Shown: in pieces, positions 15,421 through 20,000 of the stretch
How the letters are laid out: every line of letters starts with the position of its first letter
Position numbering within the stretch: the first letter of the stretch is position 1
Source: an uncultured virus (IMG/VR IMGVR_UViG_3300044608_001664)
Lineage: Duplodnaviria > Heunggongvirae > Uroviricota > Caudoviricetes > Schitoviridae
Strand: one strand, 5' to 3'
DNA: 20,000 nt
IMG/VR virus record: IMGVR_UViG_3300044608_001664
Translations under genes and position numbers: made by a program
Notes under the pieces: generated by a model
The model's database searches: none
Told to the model about the DNA's origin: nothing
Seen by the model: only the letters and a program-made list of their open reading frames with translations

Positions 15421-15462
15421 CACAACACACTACTGAAAGTGATCTATGGCCCAGTCACATGA
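15421..15462 (+). pseudogene. Orphaned 3' end of the 14759..14992 gene (HNTLLKVIYGPVT*)
   Basis: HNTLLKVI matches HNSLLKVL at 14942-14965 on the other side of HNH 3. Confidence 0.75.
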
Positions 15463-15631
15463 TAAGTGGGCACAGCTGCCCACTGAAGATATCCACCGTT
15501 ACGTTGAGAAGTACGAGAGCAGTGGTGCTCCTGGTAAGTGTTCTGCTCGTCGGCGTAAGAAGATCAAATTCTTTCAGAATGTACTGAATAAACGTAGGCA
15601 AGCAGAACGTCTGCTCACCCAATTCAACTAG
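15446..15631 (+). CDS. Small basic hypothetical protein (61 aa)
   Basis: ORF tiles between HNH 3 and the ATPase. Confidence 0.65.
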   Translation: MAQSHDKWAQLPTEDIHRYVEKYESSGAPGKCSARRRKKIKFFQNVLNKRRQAERLLTQFN

Positions 15632-15639
15632 GAGTAACC

Positions 15640-16653
15640 ATGCAAGTCAAAGTCAGTCAAGCCGTGGCAATGATCACGGCTTTCATTCGTGCCCATCTGG
15701 TGCCGATGTTGGTGGGCAGTCCGGGTTCCGGTAAGTCCCAGATCGTTCACCAGATCGCTGCTGAATACAAACTCAAGGTCATTGACCTGCGTTTGAGTCA
15801 GTGTGATCCCACTGATCTGTTGGGATTCCCTTCCATCAAGGGGGATCGTTCCGGTTACGTGCCCATGGAAACCTTTCCTGTGGAAGGGGACAAGATTCCA
15901 GAAGGCTACAACGGTTGGCTACTGTTCCTCGACGAGTTCAACAGTGCTTCACCGGCAGTTCAAGCAGCAGCTTACAAGCTGGTGCTTGATCGTATGGTCG
16001 GCAGCCATCAACTCCACAAGAATGTGGCTGTCGTCTGTGCCGGTAACCTGGAAACGGACAACGCTATCGTTCAGCCGATGAGTACTGCACTGCAGTCTCG
16101 TCTGGTGCACATGGAGTTGGTGGTTGATGCCAATGAATGGGTTGATTGGGCTACGTCCAACAACATCGATCACCGGATTACCAGCTACATCAACTTCAAG
16201 CCAGGGAACCTGTACACCTTCAAGGCTGATCACACGGACAACACTTACGCTTCACCGCGTACCTGGGAGTTCGCAGATCGTGTCCTGAAAGTCATGGACC
16301 TGGGATCTCCCCACATGCTGCCCATGCTGGCCGGTACGATCTCCGAGGGCGTATCCCGAGAGTTCCTGAACTTCTGCCGCAACTTCGCTTCGCTGCCGAA
16401 GATCAGTGAAATCGTCCAATCCCCGGATGCCATCACCGTCCCGTATGAACCCAGCCTGCTCTATGCACTGACCGGATCACTCAGTCACCACGCATCCATG
16501 GACAACTTCGATCAGTTGATGAAGTTCATCTCCCGGATGCCCCTGGAGTTCCAGGTGGTGTGTCTGCGTGAAACCGTCCGTCGCAACAAGGGCATGTTGG
16601 CTCACAAGGCAGTCCAGTCCTGGATTGCCAAGAACGCCACCGAGCTGTTCTAA
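15640..16653 (+). CDS. MoxR-like AAA+ ATPase (N4 gp24-like)
   Basis: Walker A GSPGSGKS, Walker B LLFLDE, AGN sensor, ALQSRL, SPRTWE. Confidence 0.92.
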   Translation: MQVKVSQAVAMITAFIRAHLVPMLVGSPGSGKSQIVHQIAAEYKLKVIDLRLSQCDPTDLLGFPSIKGDRSGYVPMETFPVEGDKIPEGYNGWLLFLDEFNSASPAVQAAAYKLVLDRMVGSHQLHKNVAVVCAGNLETDNAIVQPMSTALQSRLVHMELVVDANEWVDWATSNNIDHRITSYINFKPGNLYTFKADHTDNTYASPRTWEFADRVLKVMDLGSPHMLPMLAGTISEGVSREFLNFCRNFASLPKISEIVQSPDAITVPYEPSLLYALTGSLSHHASMDNFDQLMKFISRMPLEFQVVCLRETVRRNKGMLAHKAVQSWIAKNATELF

Positions 16654-16731
16654 CTCCCTCCTCCGAGCCTGAAGTAGTCCGTATGTCATGGCTGTGTGCC
16701 AGGACCAGGCTCGCCTTTTATTTGGATTCAA

Positions 16732-16974
16732 ATGTTTTCTAAAGATTTAATCTGGTTTTATCTCCCAATCGGTTTATTGATACTGCTGATTCTTTTTGGA
16801 CTTTCTCTTTTGTTATTTGTTATTCACAAAGAGAATATTCAAAATCAGGAATATCAAAGCCCGGTTTTCAAATATTCGAACTGCTACCCGGTTAATCAAA
16901 TCAACCCGGGTATTCGTATTAACCTTCAACAAGGAATTAAATATGAAACTGATGCAAATCTTCAAAACCCCTGA
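16732..16974 (+). CDS. Putative membrane protein (80 aa)
   Basis: Long hydrophobic N-terminal segment; AT-rich; weak RBS; overlaps the next gene by 32 nt. Confidence 0.45.
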   Translation: MFSKDLIWFYLPIGLLILLILFGLSLLLFVIHKENIQNQEYQSPVFKYSNCYPVNQINPGIRINLQQGIKYETDANLQNP

Positions 16975-17134
16975 TGCCACCACACTGGCTTCCCGTGATT
17001 TGGAAGAAGCCAAGCGTCAACTGCTGGTTACTCAATCGGCTGCAGAACACGCTGCCAAAATGGTGGAGTATTACCAGGGCGTGGTGAATCGTCTGTCGTC
17101 TTATGTACAGACGGAAGTTTCTCAAAACCGTTAG
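16943..17134 (+). CDS. Hypothetical coiled-coil protein (63 aa)
   Basis: RBS AAGGA, ATG 16943 (MKLMQIFKTPDA...). Confidence 0.75.
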   Translation: MKLMQIFKTPDATTLASRDLEEAKRQLLVTQSAAEHAAKMVEYYQGVVNRLSSYVQTEVSQNR

Positions 17135-17221
17135 AATCTTCAGTAGATTCTCAGGCGCATTCCCTGCGCCATACGAATAGGAGGCCCATGCCTCCTTTTT
17201 CTTTTTTTGAAAGGAAATAGC

Positions 17222-18352
17222 ATGGGCGCTGCTCACCCTATTCAAACCCGGGAAATAACTCCCGAGATTCAAAAGGCTTATGATAAAGCCAAAATCGGAT
17301 TAATGGCAAAGCAAGATACTGCCTTTTTCACCACCATCGTATTCAGTCTCAAATTGATTTGGGACTGGCTCACTCCCACAGCGGCTACCGATGGTTCTTC
17401 CATTCGGGTTAGCCCAGAATTCTTCATGTCCCTCGATCCAGAGGAACGTATTTTCCTGCTGGTTCATGAGTCCATGCACGTTGCCTTACTGCACATGACT
17501 CGCCTGGCTGGACGTAACCACCAGAAATGGAACATCGCCTGCGATCACTACATCAACCTGATGCTGACCGAACGTGGCTTCCGAATGCCCAGGAATGGCC
17601 TGGCAGACCCGCAGTACAAGGGACTCAGCTCGGACGAGATTTACCCTTTGCTACCTGATCAGCCCCAGTCTTCCACCTTCCAGATGGATCTGGAACTGCC
17701 TACGGAACCAGTGGAAGAACTAACCCAAGAGGTTGAAGACATCCTGATCCGGGCTGCCATGCAGTCCAAGATGCAGAACGACAAGCCAGGGAGTATTCCT
17801 GGTGATATCGAAATCTTCCTGAATAAGCTGTTGAATCCTAAATTGCCTTGGCAAAGGATTCTCCAGAAATATATTCAGAATCTCTCAAAACATGATTATT
17901 CATGGAGAAAACCGAATAGGAGATTCTTCCCGAATCATTATCTCCCGAGTATGTTCAGCGAAAAGCTGATGGATATCGCCATTGCTGTCGATGCCTCTGG
18001 ATCGGTTAGCGATGATGATTTCAAGGTATTCGTTTCAGAAACCCACGGTATTCTGAAAATGATGAAACCGGACAAAATAACCCTGATTCAATTCGACCGG
18101 AATATCAAATCGGTAGACCGGATTAATAATATCCGGGATTTAATGAACGTTAAATTCATTGGCCGAGGTGGTACTTCTATTGAGCCAGTCATGGATTGGG
18201 CAGCAGAAAACAAACCGAAACTTCTGCTGATATTCACCGATGGTGGATTTTATTTCCATACGGATGAATATAAAACCAATACCGTGTTTCTTATTCACAA
18301 TAACCCTGGATTTACTTCGCCATATGGCAAGGTGATTCACTACGAGATTTAG
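17222..18352 (+). CDS. HEXXH metallopeptidase-like + vWA domain protein (DUF2201 type, N4 gp25-like)
   Basis: TAATDG, HESMH, WNIACD..IN, MIDAS motif VDASGS, GRGGT, IFTDG; the usual partner of the MoxR ATPase. Confidence 0.9.
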   Translation: MGAAHPIQTREITPEIQKAYDKAKIGLMAKQDTAFFTTIVFSLKLIWDWLTPTAATDGSSIRVSPEFFMSLDPEERIFLLVHESMHVALLHMTRLAGRNHQKWNIACDHYINLMLTERGFRMPRNGLADPQYKGLSSDEIYPLLPDQPQSSTFQMDLELPTEPVEELTQEVEDILIRAAMQSKMQNDKPGSIPGDIEIFLNKLLNPKLPWQRILQKYIQNLSKHDYSWRKPNRRFFPNHYLPSMFSEKLMDIAIAVDASGSVSDDDFKVFVSETHGILKMMKPDKITLIQFDRNIKSVDRINNIRDLMNVKFIGRGGTSIEPVMDWAAENKPKLLLIFTDGGFYFHTDEYKTNTVFLIHNNPGFTSPYGKVIHYEI

Positions 18353-18361
18353 GGGGTATTC

Positions 18362-18676
18362 ATGGATTTGGAGAAATACCAATCCGCAGCCAAACAAGTC
18401 AAAGCCAAGAAACCTCCTGAGAATTACATAGTGGTTAACCTGAGCTACGACACCAAGCTGATCCTGCCCCATAAGGCGGGATTGGCTTTTATGGCTGCTA
18501 TAGAGAATGCCGAGGTATTCAAGGACAGTTACTCCGATAAATGCCGAATTATTCCTTTGGAACGGGATTCCATTAACAACTCATTCATGTCTGATACCGA
18601 GTATCAGCAAATCAAAATCGCCAATCTAATGGATGTTTCCTTATCTGATATTCAAAAGATTCATTCATCGGCATAA
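18362..18676 (+). CDS. Hypothetical protein (104 aa)
   Basis: G-rich RBS; tiles the operon. Confidence 0.75.
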   Translation: MDLEKYQSAAKQVKAKKPPENYIVVNLSYDTKLILPHKAGLAFMAAIENAEVFKDSYSDKCRIIPLERDSINNSFMSDTEYQQIKIANLMDVSLSDIQKIHSSA

Positions 18677-18688
18677 TCGAGGATTCAA

Positions 18689-19936
18689 ATGTCAGCCATT
18701 ACCCTTACCCACGATCAACAGAATGCCCTGGAGAAATTCACCCAGTTTCTCACCGATCCCTCCGAGCAGGTTTTTGTTCTGGAAGGGTATAGCGGGACAG
18801 GCAAGACCACCCTAGTCAAAACCCTGTTGGATCAACTCCCGTCCCTCATGAAAACCGCCAAGCTGATCAATCCCCAGGTTCGCCGCTACGATGTGGAGCT
18901 GACAGCTACCACCAACAAGGCAGCCGAGAACTTCGGGATGATCACCGGCATGGGTGTTTCCACCATCCATTCCTATCTGGGCCTGCGTGTCAGCACGGAT
19001 TACCAGAACAACACGACCAAGCTGGTGCCCTCCAAGAATCAACCCAAGGAAGGGCATCTCCTGTTCATCGACGAAGCCAGCTACATCGATAAGGATCTCC
19101 TTGGCTGGATTTTCAAGCTCACCCGCAACTGCAAGATCGTCTTCATGGGCGATCCGGCTCAACTGACTCCGGTGAAGTCTTCAGCGACCCCGGTGTTCAA
19201 AACCTCGCACTTCATGAAAGCCCAGCTCAGTCAGGTAGTTCGCCAAGCAGAAGGCAATCCCATTGTGGATCTGTCCACCAAATTCCGGGAAACCGTAACC
19301 AGTGGGGAGTTCTTCCAGTTCAAACCGGATGGGCATTTCATTCAGTACATGGATCGGGACACCTTCAATAAAGCCGTCGAGGCAGAATTCTGCCGTCCGG
19401 ATTGGCGATACAAGGATTCGAAATTCCTGGCTTGGACCAATAAGCGGGTAATCGATTACAACCACCATATCCGGGATCGTGCTCTGGGAAATCCCCATTT
19501 TCAAATTGGGGATTACGCAGTCTGTAACAGGTACGTCTGCGCTAACAAAAAGACAATAAAGACCGATCAGTTGGTGTGCATCACTGGTATCGGGAGAGAT
19601 ATTGAGATTTATGGTGTTCCCGGCAACATGATGACCTTGGATTCCCAAATCGAACTGTTCTTTCCCAAATCTCTGGAAGCCAAGAAAGATGCACTCAAGA
19701 TGGCCCGAGTTGTGGAGGAATACCACATTGTTGGGGAAATCGAAAATCAATGGGTAGACCTACGGGCAGCGTATGCCCAGACCATCAACAAATCCCAGGG
19801 GAGCACATATGATCGTGTGTTTGTCGATCTGGACGATATTGCTAAATGCAATAGCGGTGATCAGATTGCTCGCATGTTATATGTGGGTGTATCCCGTGCT
19901 CGTGAACAGGTGTATCTCACAGGAGATTTAGTATGA
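18689..19936 (+). CDS. SF1 DNA helicase, Dda/RecD-like (N4 gp37-like)
   Basis: GYSGTGKT, ATTNKAA, FIDEAS, GDPAQL, VRQ, YAQTINKSQGST, YVGVSRAR. Confidence 0.95.
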   Translation: MSAITLTHDQQNALEKFTQFLTDPSEQVFVLEGYSGTGKTTLVKTLLDQLPSLMKTAKLINPQVRRYDVELTATTNKAAENFGMITGMGVSTIHSYLGLRVSTDYQNNTTKLVPSKNQPKEGHLLFIDEASYIDKDLLGWIFKLTRNCKIVFMGDPAQLTPVKSSATPVFKTSHFMKAQLSQVVRQAEGNPIVDLSTKFRETVTSGEFFQFKPDGHFIQYMDRDTFNKAVEAEFCRPDWRYKDSKFLAWTNKRVIDYNHHIRDRALGNPHFQIGDYAVCNRYVCANKKTIKTDQLVCITGIGRDIEIYGVPGNMMTLDSQIELFFPKSLEAKKDALKMARVVEEYHIVGEIENQWVDLRAAYAQTINKSQGSTYDRVFVDLDDIAKCNSGDQIARMLYVGVSRAREQVYLTGDLV

Positions 19937-20000
19937 AAGTTTACGTCTGCACCAATTGCGGAAGCGCCAATGTGCTCGCTGATGCCTTCGTACATGCGAA
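19933..20000 (+). CDS. Partial CxxC zinc-ribbon-like protein (runs off window)
   Basis: RBS AGGAG, ATGA overlap, MKVYVCTNCGSANV... Confidence 0.6.
   Translation, partial: MKVYVCTNCGSANVLADAFVHA

Noticed and set aside
15640..18352. MoxR ATPase + vWA pair as a novel system
   Set aside because: This is a conserved, already described core pair in N4-like phages.

Overview
This is a 20 kb stretch of an N4-like (Schitoviridae-type) lytic phage genome that spans the genome-end junction. The left part (1-6921, mostly minus strand) is the late/packaging block: gp57/gp58-like genes, portal, an inverted dUTPase, a gp67-like adaptor, terminase large subunit, a DUF2829/Tad2-like protein and a gp69-like protein. 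The right part (7221-20000, plus strand) is the early/middle region. It has four N4 virion-RNAP-type hairpin promoters, many small ORFs, the two-subunit T7-like RNAPII, a MoxR-like AAA ATPase, a HEXXH/vWA protein and an SF1 helicase. The main discovery concerns the three free-standing HNH endonuclease genes. Each sits inside the end of a neighbouring gene and is accompanied by a recoded replacement of that end, while the apparent original end survives as a relic on the far side. Start/stop overlaps appear to preserve translational coupling. Also notable are a ~260 nt multi-hairpin non-coding element containing a CRP-like palindrome and a candidate shared promoter motif. All family assignments come from motif recognition and synteny, not from database searches.
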